DNA of 64,000 nt from Alphaproteobacteria bacterium (GTDB lineage: Bacteria > Pseudomonadota > Alphaproteobacteria > UBA828), in contig CBDEFM010000002.1 of the NCBI GenBank assembly GCA_965237415.1, forward strand, positions 3,424,001-3,488,000. Reading direction: 5' to 3'. The position numbers and the translations under genes were made by a program. Shown here piece after piece: positions 7,819 through 16,000 of this stretch. The notes below the pieces were generated by a model, which was given only the letters and a program-made list of their open reading frames with translations, made no database searches and was not told the origin of the DNA. The first letter of the stretch is position 1, and every line of letters starts with the position of its first letter.

Positions 7819-8655
7819 GTGACCTCTGCCCGCTTTCGGACCCCACACGCGCTCGGCCTCGTGGCCGCATTGGTCTTCGCGCTCTTTCCGGTCTTCTGGA
7901 TGGTGTCGACCTCGCTCAAGCCGTTCGGCGAATGGGCGGCGGTGCCGCAGCCCTGGGTACCGCGGGACTTGACGCTCGGGAATTACGCGCCTCTCTACCA
8001 GCAACTGGAGATGAACTACGTCACGTCGCGGGGGACAGGCCTCGGCGCCATTCTCGATTCCTTCATCATCGGCGGCGCCACCACTGTGCTATCGCTCGTC
8101 ATCGGGCTCATGGCAGCGATCGGATTCTCCCGCTACCGCGCCGGCAGCGACCGGCTTGCCATCGCGATCCTCGCCGTCCGCGCCGTGCCGCCGATCACGC
8201 TGGCGATCCCGGCGCTCTTCCTCTTCACCTCCTTCGGCCTGCGCGACACCCATATTGGCGTCATCCTCGTGCACACCGCCTTCGGCGTGCCCTTCTCCTT
8301 CTGGATGCTGAAGAGCTTCATCGACGAGGTGCCGCCCGCCATCGAGGAAGCCGGCATGATGGACGGCATGAGCCGCTTGCGTGCGCACCTGGTCATCACC
8401 GTGCCGATGATCCGGGGCGGTCTCGCGGTCACCGGCCTCTTCATCTTCATCCTCACCTGGAACGAGTTCCTGCTGACGATGACGCTGAGCGACAAGATTG
8501 TCGTCACAGTGCCGCTCTATCTGCACCATCACACCGGCGTCTATGGCGTGCAGGCGGCGCTCGCGACCGCCGCGGCACTCCCCATCGTCTTCTTCGGCTT
8601 CCTGATTCAGAAGCACCTCGCCCGCGCGTTCACGCTGGGCGCGATCAAGCAGTAA
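7819..8655 (+). CDS. Carbohydrate ABC transporter permease (MalG-type), orphan
   Basis: FPVFWMVSTSLKP, hydrophobic TM segments, EAA loop IEEAGMMDGMS, WNEFL, C-terminal TLGAIK. Confidence 0.9.
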   Translation: MTSARFRTPHALGLVAALVFALFPVFWMVSTSLKPFGEWAAVPQPWVPRDLTLGNYAPLYQQLEMNYVTSRGTGLGAILDSFIIGGATTVLSLVIGLMAAIGFSRYRAGSDRLAIAILAVRAVPPITLAIPALFLFTSFGLRDTHIGVILVHTAFGVPFSFWMLKSFIDEVPPAIEEAGMMDGMSRLRAHLVITVPMIRGGLAVTGLFIFILTWNEFLLTMTLSDKIVVTVPLYLHHHTGVYGVQAALATAAALPIVFFGFLIQKHLARAFTLGAIKQ

Positions 8656-8716
8656 ACATTGGGGATTATATACCGGAGTCACAATCAATCATAAGGAGCG
8701 GATGATGGCTATCTTT

Positions 8717-8971
8717 TCAGTAAATTTGCGAACGCAGGTTCGCCGCGACGTTCTCAATGGTGCTTATGACGCCTCGTTCGAAAGACGGTTCGGCCTCAAA
8801 CTCGGCACGATAGCGGCTGCGCATAAGGCCCGGCAGGTCATCGAGGGTGCTGATGACATCGTCGACAAAGGCTCTATCTCGGTCGTTGCAAGCGGTGAGA
8901 AGAGTGATTTTCAAAAGAGTCTCCAACGCGAAGACAGTTCCACGTAGGTGTTCTAACTCTGCATCAGACAT
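8717..8971 (-). CDS. Hypothetical 84-aa passenger protein
   Basis: ORF overlaps the stop of the 53-aa gene by 8 nt and ends ~30 bp before the TIR. Confidence 0.55.
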   Translation of the reverse strand: MSDAELEHLRGTVFALETLLKITLLTACNDRDRAFVDDVISTLDDLPGLMRSRYRAEFEAEPSFERGVISTIENVAANLRSQIY

Positions 8972-9125
8972 CGGATTCGCCGACAGTCTTGACGGTCATG
9001 GGCTGAAGCGCCACCCGCGCAAGCTCTTCGGGCGTTGTGTCGATGGACACATCTTCCTCAAGCTCCGCCTTGCTCGGTTGATAGGTCGCGGGGCGCACCC
9101 GCACGGTGGGTTTGTCCTTGGTCAT
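8964..9125 (-). CDS. Small 53-aa protein inside the IS1595 element
   Basis: Below ORF-track cutoff. GGAGG RBS then MTKDKPTVRVRPATYQPSKAELEEDVSIDTTPEELARVALQPMTVKTVGESDV*; GC-rich codon usage like the transposase. Confidence 0.7.
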   Translation of the reverse strand: MTKDKPTVRVRPATYQPSKAELEEDVSIDTTPEELARVALQPMTVKTVGESDV

Positions 9126-9137
9126 GATCGCCTCCCT

Positions 9138-11711
9138 TCACACCAACGCGCAGTGGTTTTTCCTTGGTGATGGTTGTGGCCAATCAGCAGAACTTGCCGA
9201 CCGAACCGCATGGCCGAAATTGACCCTCCCACCAATTAAATCCTCCACTAGAACGCTAAGCCTATCTCTCTCGCCCCCAGCGGTCATTTTTGGCAGTACA
9301 ATATGAAGCATGTCCTCGGTTGCCACTTGGGCCAAACCATCAGAGCCGGTCGCGAGCGCTCTCATCTGTACCGCGAATATTTCAGAGCATAGACCAGCAA
9401 CAAGATCGACAAGCAGTTCGGAGCGAGTTGGTTTTACTCTGAATCGTGTGCAGCCGTTCGTTACTACCATTCCATCTTGCGCTTCGTATGGAACGATAAA
9501 CCACTTTCCAGCGCACCCCCACACATGTGCTATAAAAATATCCTTCAGATCGGCCTTCAACTTTGCCCTCCCCGGCGATTCCCAGCCTCTCATTTCTTTG
9601 AAGTCGTATGATCCATAACGCACATCTTCTATTTCGACGTATCGGTACACCGTGGAGGCTTCAGGCCTGAACTTCTCCCGCTCAACTTTTTCTAACACTT
9701 CTCCGATTGGAAAGTGGTCGATGGACCTGACCTCCCTTAGCAAACTCTTATACTTTGCGCAGTATCGCTTCGGATCGAGCATCATTCTTCTACTGCTTAT
9801 AATCTGCGCAACGGGCGTTGTCTCTGACTGACCACCTTCCGGCAACTCTCGATCACTGAGTATCCATGGATAAAGACCTGCCACAGCCGACCGCCTGTAT
9901 TCGTCTAGCATTTGGCTAAAATCGCTATCGAGAATAGGGTTGTTGTTAGCATCCAACACAATGTTCCCGGTTGTCTTATCGCGGAGGTACACTGGCTTAG
10001 CAGTCTTGTCGCCTGCCTGCCACCCAACTGACTCAATCATGCCAAAATATATTGGATAATCTTCACTGTTACAGGCATCGGCGAGTGGGGCTTTTCTACG
10101 CTCTAACACTACTACAGAGGCGCTCACATCTGCGCCCGACTTTTTGAATGTGAAGCGCGGGAATGCAACCACCGCCACTACTCTAGCATGGCGCAACATC
10201 CACTCACGTAATGCAAAATACTCGCTACTGGTATTACCAAGATAACCATTCGGTAAGATGATCCCAACACGACCACCTGGTTTAGCGAGCTTCACACATA
10301 ACTCAACAAATAATATCCCAGTCTGTTGAGCCTTCCTCGCGTCAAGGGTCTTCACGAAACGGCCATCGTCGCCGTGGTGCCACACATGACCCATGTCGAA
10401 GTTTCTCAAAACCTCCCATCGTTTTTCCACAATTCTCGTCCCAAACGGCGGATTGCACAACACCACGTCGTAGGAAGCTTCTGACCCAGGGTGGTTCTTC
10501 AAACTGTCATCTTCATGTATGCTAGTCTTCCCGTCGCCCTGAAGCATCATATTCAGGACACTTACTTGGACAGCTTGACGACTGTTGTCTACTCCGGTGA
10601 GAAAATCCACGGCCTTTCCCGGAGTTATAGGCATCGTGCGCAGAGCGCTAACCAAAAAATCAGCACTCCCGCAGGCGGGGTCACATACGTGCTCTAGTGT
10701 TGGGTTTGTCGCGCTCACGATAAAGTCAACGACTTCGTGTGGTGTAAAGTATTGTGCCAAATCCCATTTGTATAGGTCCTTAGCAAACCGCATGTAGAAT
10801 GATTGTATCACTTTCTGTTTAGAGTTCAAGATATTGATAGGAGCAATCACCTGCGAAAGGCGTCGCAGTGCTTCAGGATTCAGCGGACGAAAAGTCGACA
10901 TCACTTCATCTGGAAGAAATCGATTGTAGTGGCCGACTGCCTTAGAGAGAAACGAGTCCAATCGTTCAAGTACAACCTCGTCAGTTATAGGCATTGCGTT
11001 GAAGTCCTGGATACTCAAATCATTGTCTGGGCGATCCGAATGGGAGACCTCATCCCATATCTTCGCCAAAAGTAGCTGAAAAAGAATAGCGTACCTACGC
11101 GGCTTATCCGTCACGTATGGATGCAGGCAATTCTCCATCTTGTCAAAAGCGCCTGAAAGGTCTGGGGATGGCGTCAAGTCTGCATATGTAAGCAACGTAG
11201 AACCCACACCCTCCATCCATCGCGGCATTTTGCTGATAGGCGCCTCTCGGATGGTTGCTAAGGTCCCCTCCAATTCGCGATAGAAGAACCGTTGCTCCAT
11301 ATCATCCCAGTAGACGCCCAAGGCATTCATGTCTGGAAGCAAGGAAAGTGCCGGCTTGAGCTGTGAGTCAACCGCCGATTGTTTCGACGCATTCTCGCGC
11401 TTTATCTCAGCAACGACCACCGTTTTGGACAAACGCTTTTCATCAGGCCAATTTGTCACTTCTGACCACGGCACATCATATACAGAAAAGTCAGCACGCA
11501 AAGAATTGTGCCCCGCGTGTCCCAACTTCATGATTCTTGTTTCAATGCCGAAATGATCTTGGGGGTAGTCTTTCTGAAGAAGATATCGGATAGCGTCTAT
11601 GCGTCTCTTTTCTTCAGTAAAAGTAAACCCATCTACTGCCCGTTGGCGAACTTGTAGTTGGCCGCGAATGGGGCAGTGAAGGAACGCGGCTTCCGTCGAA
11701 TTCACGATCAT
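9138..11711 (-). CDS. Single-chain restriction-modification enzyme (HsdR_N-like nuclease + N6-adenine methyltransferase + specificity region; Type IIG-like)
   Basis: EEKRR...RADFSVY...AEIK (PD-D/ExK-like); QYFTP; DPACGSADFL (motif I); NPPFG (motif IV); HsdS-like C-terminus. ATG 11711 overlaps the transposase TGA. Visibly lower GC than flanks. Confidence 0.85.
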   Translation of the reverse strand: MIVNSTEAAFLHCPIRGQLQVRQRAVDGFTFTEEKRRIDAIRYLLQKDYPQDHFGIETRIMKLGHAGHNSLRADFSVYDVPWSEVTNWPDEKRLSKTVVVAEIKRENASKQSAVDSQLKPALSLLPDMNALGVYWDDMEQRFFYRELEGTLATIREAPISKMPRWMEGVGSTLLTYADLTPSPDLSGAFDKMENCLHPYVTDKPRRYAILFQLLLAKIWDEVSHSDRPDNDLSIQDFNAMPITDEVVLERLDSFLSKAVGHYNRFLPDEVMSTFRPLNPEALRRLSQVIAPINILNSKQKVIQSFYMRFAKDLYKWDLAQYFTPHEVVDFIVSATNPTLEHVCDPACGSADFLVSALRTMPITPGKAVDFLTGVDNSRQAVQVSVLNMMLQGDGKTSIHEDDSLKNHPGSEASYDVVLCNPPFGTRIVEKRWEVLRNFDMGHVWHHGDDGRFVKTLDARKAQQTGILFVELCVKLAKPGGRVGIILPNGYLGNTSSEYFALREWMLRHARVVAVVAFPRFTFKKSGADVSASVVVLERRKAPLADACNSEDYPIYFGMIESVGWQAGDKTAKPVYLRDKTTGNIVLDANNNPILDSDFSQMLDEYRRSAVAGLYPWILSDRELPEGGQSETTPVAQIISSRRMMLDPKRYCAKYKSLLREVRSIDHFPIGEVLEKVEREKFRPEASTVYRYVEIEDVRYGSYDFKEMRGWESPGRAKLKADLKDIFIAHVWGCAGKWFIVPYEAQDGMVVTNGCTRFRVKPTRSELLVDLVAGLCSEIFAVQMRALATGSDGLAQVATEDMLHIVLPKMTAGGERDRLSVLVEDLIGGRVNFGHAVRSASSADWPQPSPRKNHCALV

Positions 11712-12678
11712 GCCCCCGAACATAGACCATGCGGAGCGATCAAGTCCCGATACCGTAGAGGTGCCCCTTCCAAGCCCTTCACCATCGCGCCCATCATGTC
11801 GATGGTATCGGCTTCACGATCATTGTGCCGGCCGGCAAACTCGCCGACATACCGATCAAGGTGCTTTTCGCTGAAATGGTGGAAGGTGCCGTTGTAGCCC
11901 CGCTTCAACATGGACCAGAAAGACTCGACCCCATTGGTGTGGGCCATCCCGCGAACGTACTCACCGGCGGAGTGGCAAACCGCCTCGTGATCGAAGGGCA
12001 ATCCCTCGTAGGCGCTAGCGTCATCGGTGAACACCTTAGCGTCGGGCGCTGCGTGCTCGGCAACGAAGCCTTGGAGTGTCGGCTTGTCAGTCGCTGTCAC
12101 TGACCGGGCCACGACGCGATTGGTCGCCCGGTCCTTCACGCCTACGACGGCAGCCTTGCCTACCGCTCCGCGTCCTATCAGTGTCTTGCGCTTGGCCTTG
12201 GGCATGTTCTTCCGCTTCCCGCCGATGTAAGTCTCGTCTGCCTCTACGGGGCCGGTGAACATACCGCCGTTGCCGGCCTTCCACCCCTCGCGAAGCCGAT
12301 GCGCCAGATACCACGCCGACTTTTGCGTGATGTTCAGATCGCGGTGCAGTTTCATGCTCGACACGCCCTTGAGATTCGTCGCCAACAAGTAGATGGCGAT
12401 GGCCCATTCCCGATAGCCGAGCTGGGTGCGGTGCATCCAGTGCCGGTCTTCAAAGAGAACATGGCCCGATTCGGGCAGTCCCGGCAACGGTGCGTCATGG
12501 ACTTGTGTTTGATGCCGGCCTGGACGTTCAGGGAGCCGCAGTGCGGGCAAACCGGACCGTCAGGCCAGCGCTGCTCTTCGATCCACTTCTCTGCAGCCTC
12601 GTCGGTCGGGAACATGGCGGTGATCTCGATCAGCGAGATACCCTTGCGGTGAGCCTTCCCCGGTGCCTTGCTTGCCAT
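11708..12678 (-). pseudogene. IS1595-family transposase, frameshifted
   Basis: N-terminal RWPDGPVCPHCGS...RCRDC zinc ribbon (12352-12678 frame) and KGVSSMKLHRDL, VEADETYIGG, TDD, HTNGVESFW, YVGEFAGRHN (11708 frame). Frames join at ACT GG ATG near 12437-12438, one base short of a Val-like codon. Confidence 0.9.
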
Positions 12679-12781
12679 GTCCCTGTCTCCCTGAATTGTG
12701 ACTCCGTTGTAACACGGCTCAGGGCAGGGTGCAACAGGAAATTGTGACTCCGGTATATAATTCCCTAAACATTCTCGGCGT

Positions 12782-14104
12782 TCAGCCGAGCGCCGCGTCG
12801 ACCTCGTCCAGGATCGTGTCGAATATGCCGATGGCGTCCCCGATCTGCGCCGCGTCGATACAGAGCGGCGGGCCGATCAGGAGGCCGTTGAGGCAGGTCC
12901 TGGCTTCCAGCCCGTGCTCCACCAGCCGACGCTTGATGAGGTCGTTGACGGCCGCGTGGTTCGGCGCGGTCGAGAAGGGCGCGTCGGTCGCCGGATCGGC
13001 GGTGAGCTCGATCGACGCCAGCAGGCCGAGCGAGCGCACGTCCGAAACGCTCGGATGGCGCGCCTTCAAGTCCTCGAGGCCCTGCGCCAGTACCTTGCCC
13101 ATCCGGGCAGCATTCTCGATCAGCCCGTCGTTCTCGTAGGCGTCGAGCGCGGCGCACGCGGCGGCGCAGGCGATGGGATTGCCCGTCTGCGTCGAGCCGA
13201 GCGGGAACCACTCGTCGTCGAAGCGGGCGGCGACGTGGGGCCGCATGAGCACGGCGCCCATCGGTATGTAGCCGGACGTGATTCCCTTGGAGACCGCCAT
13301 CAGGTCGGGCACCACGTCCCAATGCTCGATGCCGAACCAGCGCCCGGTGCGGCCGAAGCCGCAGATGACCTCGTCGGCGATCATCAAAATGCCGTGGCGG
13401 TCGCAGATCTCGCGCAGCATGGGGAAATACTCGGGCGGCGGCTTGATCCCGCCGCTCGCGGCCGTCATCGGCTCGACGATGACCGCGGCGATCTGCCCCG
13501 GCCCCTCGCGCTCGATCACCTCTTCCACGCTCTTCGCACACTGCACGCCGCAGCCGGGGTAGGAGAGCGAGAAGGGGCAGCGATGGCAGTAGGGGTCGAG
13601 GAAACGGACGATGTTGGGGTGGTCGTAGCCGACGGCAAGCCGCCTGGGGTCGCCGCTCGCCGACAGCGAGCCCGAGGTGGTGCCGTGGTAGGAGCGGTAC
13701 TTCGCGAGGATCTTGCGCCTGCCGGTGACGAGGCGGGCGATGGTCATCGCGATCTCGGTGGCCTCGCTGCCGCTCCCGGTGAAGAAGGCGGTCTGGATGT
13801 CGCCGGGCGCGATCTCGGCAAGCCTGCGGCCGAGCTTCTCGCGCGCGGCGGTCGTGTGATGCGGGCCGATATAGCAGAGCCGGCCGGCCTGCTCCTGGAT
13901 CGCCGCGATCACCTTGGGATGCTGGTAGCCGAGATTGACGTTCACCAGCTGCGACGAGAAGTCGAGATAGCGTTTTCCGGCCGTGTCGTAAAAGTACGCG
14001 CCCTCGCCGCGCTCCATCTCGATCACGGTCTCGACCGCATTCTGCGCGGCCCAGGGGATGATGTCGTAGCGCCGGTTCGCGCCGGCTGTCGTCGCCTCGC
14101 TCAT
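12782..14104 (-). CDS. Class III (omega-amino acid) aminotransferase
   Basis: GKRYLDFSSQLVNVNLG, SYHG, IVEP, DEVICGFGRTG, SKGITSGY (PLP lysine). ATG 14104 after AGGAGG. Confidence 0.92.
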   Translation of the reverse strand: MSEATTAGANRRYDIIPWAAQNAVETVIEMERGEGAYFYDTAGKRYLDFSSQLVNVNLGYQHPKVIAAIQEQAGRLCYIGPHHTTAAREKLGRRLAEIAPGDIQTAFFTGSGSEATEIAMTIARLVTGRRKILAKYRSYHGTTSGSLSASGDPRRLAVGYDHPNIVRFLDPYCHRCPFSLSYPGCGVQCAKSVEEVIEREGPGQIAAVIVEPMTAASGGIKPPPEYFPMLREICDRHGILMIADEVICGFGRTGRWFGIEHWDVVPDLMAVSKGITSGYIPMGAVLMRPHVAARFDDEWFPLGSTQTGNPIACAAACAALDAYENDGLIENAARMGKVLAQGLEDLKARHPSVSDVRSLGLLASIELTADPATDAPFSTAPNHAAVNDLIKRRLVEHGLEARTCLNGLLIGPPLCIDAAQIGDAIGIFDTILDEVDAALG

Positions 14105-14152
14105 GTCTCCCTCCTGTGCCCCGCGTTCAAACGACGGCGGGCGCGGCACCCG

Positions 14153-14500
14153 CTAGCGTGCGGCCACCACCATGATCTCGACCGTGTAGGCCGGCGTCGC
14201 GAGCCTGCTCTCGACGCAGGCGCGGCAGGGCGGGTTCTCCTTGGAGACCCAGGGGTCCCACACGCTGTTCATCTCGTTGAAGGTCCCGATGTCGGAGAGC
14301 CAGATGTTGGCGGTGAGCAGCTGCTCCTTCGACGAGCCGGCCTTCTCCAGCAGGGCATCGATCTTGGCGAGGATCTGCCGCGTCTGGCCGGCGACGTCCT
14401 GGTCGGTGTCGTCCGCCACCTGGCCGGCAAGGTACACGCGGTCGCCGTGCACCACGGCCTGGCTCATGCGGGGGCCCTTCTGAATGCGTTCGATGGTCAT
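14153..14500 (-). CDS. RidA/YjgF family protein
   Basis: RMSQAVVHG, VYLAGQV, MNSVWDPW, PCRACVE, VEIMVVA. Confidence 0.92.
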   Translation of the reverse strand: MTIERIQKGPRMSQAVVHGDRVYLAGQVADDTDQDVAGQTRQILAKIDALLEKAGSSKEQLLTANIWLSDIGTFNEMNSVWDPWVSKENPPCRACVESRLATPAYTVEIMVVAAR

Positions 14501-14569
14501 GGCTGGTCTCCGTTTCCTGTTGTCGGTCGTTGGGGCGATGGTAGCGGGATTACTGCCTTCACGCAGTGT

Positions 14570-15862
14570 TCAAGCGTCGGCGCGGGTCTGGAGTGCCCGC
14601 GCCGCACCGGTCACGGCGTCAATTGAAGGGTAAGCCGCGGCGTTCACGAGCAGCTCCCGGCCGAGGAGGAGGGCAGGGCGCTCGCAGGCGGCGCGGCGGT
14701 CGGGGTCCTCGATCCATTCGAAATCGATGTTGTGGGCGATGCCAAGCAGGCGGCGAATCATCTTGGCGCCGGCGAACTGCAGCGTGTCGGTGAAGAGCGC
14801 GGCGATGGCGGCGTCCCGCGCTTGCGCGAGCGAGGCGGCACCCTCTTCGCCGGCGAAGAGCGCCGCCGGGTAGGCATCGCCCGTGCGCTCGGCCCAGAGC
14901 GCGCCGTAGCGCTCGGCGAAGGCGTGCCAGAATGCCTCGACCGTCTCCAGCACCCAAATCTTGTAGGCGGCGCGGTCGTCGGCCTCGGTTGCGTGGCCGT
15001 CCTGGCTGAAATAGTTGAGCAGAAGGTTGCCGACGAAGGCGCCGGTATCGAATCCCATCGGCCCGTAGAAGGCGAACTCGGGGTCGATCACCCGCGTGTC
15101 GTCCTGCGTCACCATGATCGAGCCGGTGTGCAGATCGCCGTGGATCAGTGCCTCGGCGCTCCCCATGAACTTGCACTTGAGGCGTGAGACGGCCCGCTTC
15201 AGCGGCGCATCGGCCCGAAACGCGGCGGCGATGTCGTCGAGCTGCGGCGAGGTCCAGCGGTTGTTGTCGTGAACCATGTAAGGCTCGGTGAAGATCAGGT
15301 CTTCGGTGATCTTGCAGAGCGACGTGTTGCCGCAGAAGACCGCGACACGCGCCTTCTTCTCCGCCGCGCCCGTGCCTAGATCCGAAGTGAAGAAGAGCGT
15401 CCGCGCCATGTATTCGGCCATGTCGGTGGCTGCGCGCGGGTAGCGAATGCCCTGGATCATGCCGCGCCGCATGATGATGTGAGGCTCCAGCAACTCCATC
15501 GCGGTCAGCATCAGCACGGGGTCGAAGTGGTAGACCGTGGGCGTAAGGCCCGGCGCATGGCGGCCGTGCTCCACCAGCGCCTCGTGCTCGAAATACGCAC
15601 GGGTCAGCGGTAGCGGCCAGCTTTCGCCGATCAGCCGCACGTAGGGCAGCGCCTGTTTCACGCAAAGGCCAGCCGCGGGTCCGCGCACGAGGAAGACGAG
15701 GTTGAGATTGCCGTCGCCGACTTCGTCCACCTGCCAGTCGTCCGGCGCGCCGCCCAGGCGCTCGCCGAGCGCGGGCAGCCCGGCGAGATAGGGAGCCAGG
15801 CTCTCCACATAGAGGGGCCGGTATCCCTCGGGCACCGAAATGGCGGTCTGGTCTGCACTCAC
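14570..15862 (-). CDS. mtnK: S-methyl-5-thioribose kinase
   Basis: EVGDGNLNLVF, KQALPYVR, LIHGDLHTGS, IDPEFAFYGPMGFD. GTG start estimated. Confidence 0.92.
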   Translation of the reverse strand: MSADQTAISVPEGYRPLYVESLAPYLAGLPALGERLGGAPDDWQVDEVGDGNLNLVFLVRGPAAGLCVKQALPYVRLIGESWPLPLTRAYFEHEALVEHGRHAPGLTPTVYHFDPVLMLTAMELLEPHIIMRRGMIQGIRYPRAATDMAEYMARTLFFTSDLGTGAAEKKARVAVFCGNTSLCKITEDLIFTEPYMVHDNNRWTSPQLDDIAAAFRADAPLKRAVSRLKCKFMGSAEALIHGDLHTGSIMVTQDDTRVIDPEFAFYGPMGFDTGAFVGNLLLNYFSQDGHATEADDRAAYKIWVLETVEAFWHAFAERYGALWAERTGDAYPAALFAGEEGAASLAQARDAAIAALFTDTLQFAGAKMIRRLLGIAHNIDFEWIEDPDRRAACERPALLLGRELLVNAAAYPSIDAVTGAARALQTRADA

Positions 15863-16000
15863 GATTCGGCCGATCCCTGCCGTTGGCGCACCCGACCATA
15901 ATCGATCGTCGCGGCGCCGCGAAGGCATCGCGCGGTCGCTGCTATCCCGGAGGGTGGCTGCGGCCTGCGAGTTGCGCTAGGAGTCCGCTGTCGTCCCCAG

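Larger units (their letters stand above)
8661..12765 (-). mobile_element. IS1595-family element with passenger genes (4105 bp)
   Basis: TIRs GGGGATTATATACCGGAGTCACAAT (8661-8685) and GGGAATTATATACCGGAGTCACAAT (rc of 12741-12765), 24/25 identical. 8-bp direct repeat TAAACATT at 8653-8660 and 12766-12773. IS1595 transposase inside. Confidence 0.95.

Noticed and set aside
12420-12450. Programmed frameshift in the IS1595 transposase
   Set aside because: No slippery sequence, and IS1595 transposases are normally single ORFs; mutation or assembly error is more likely.
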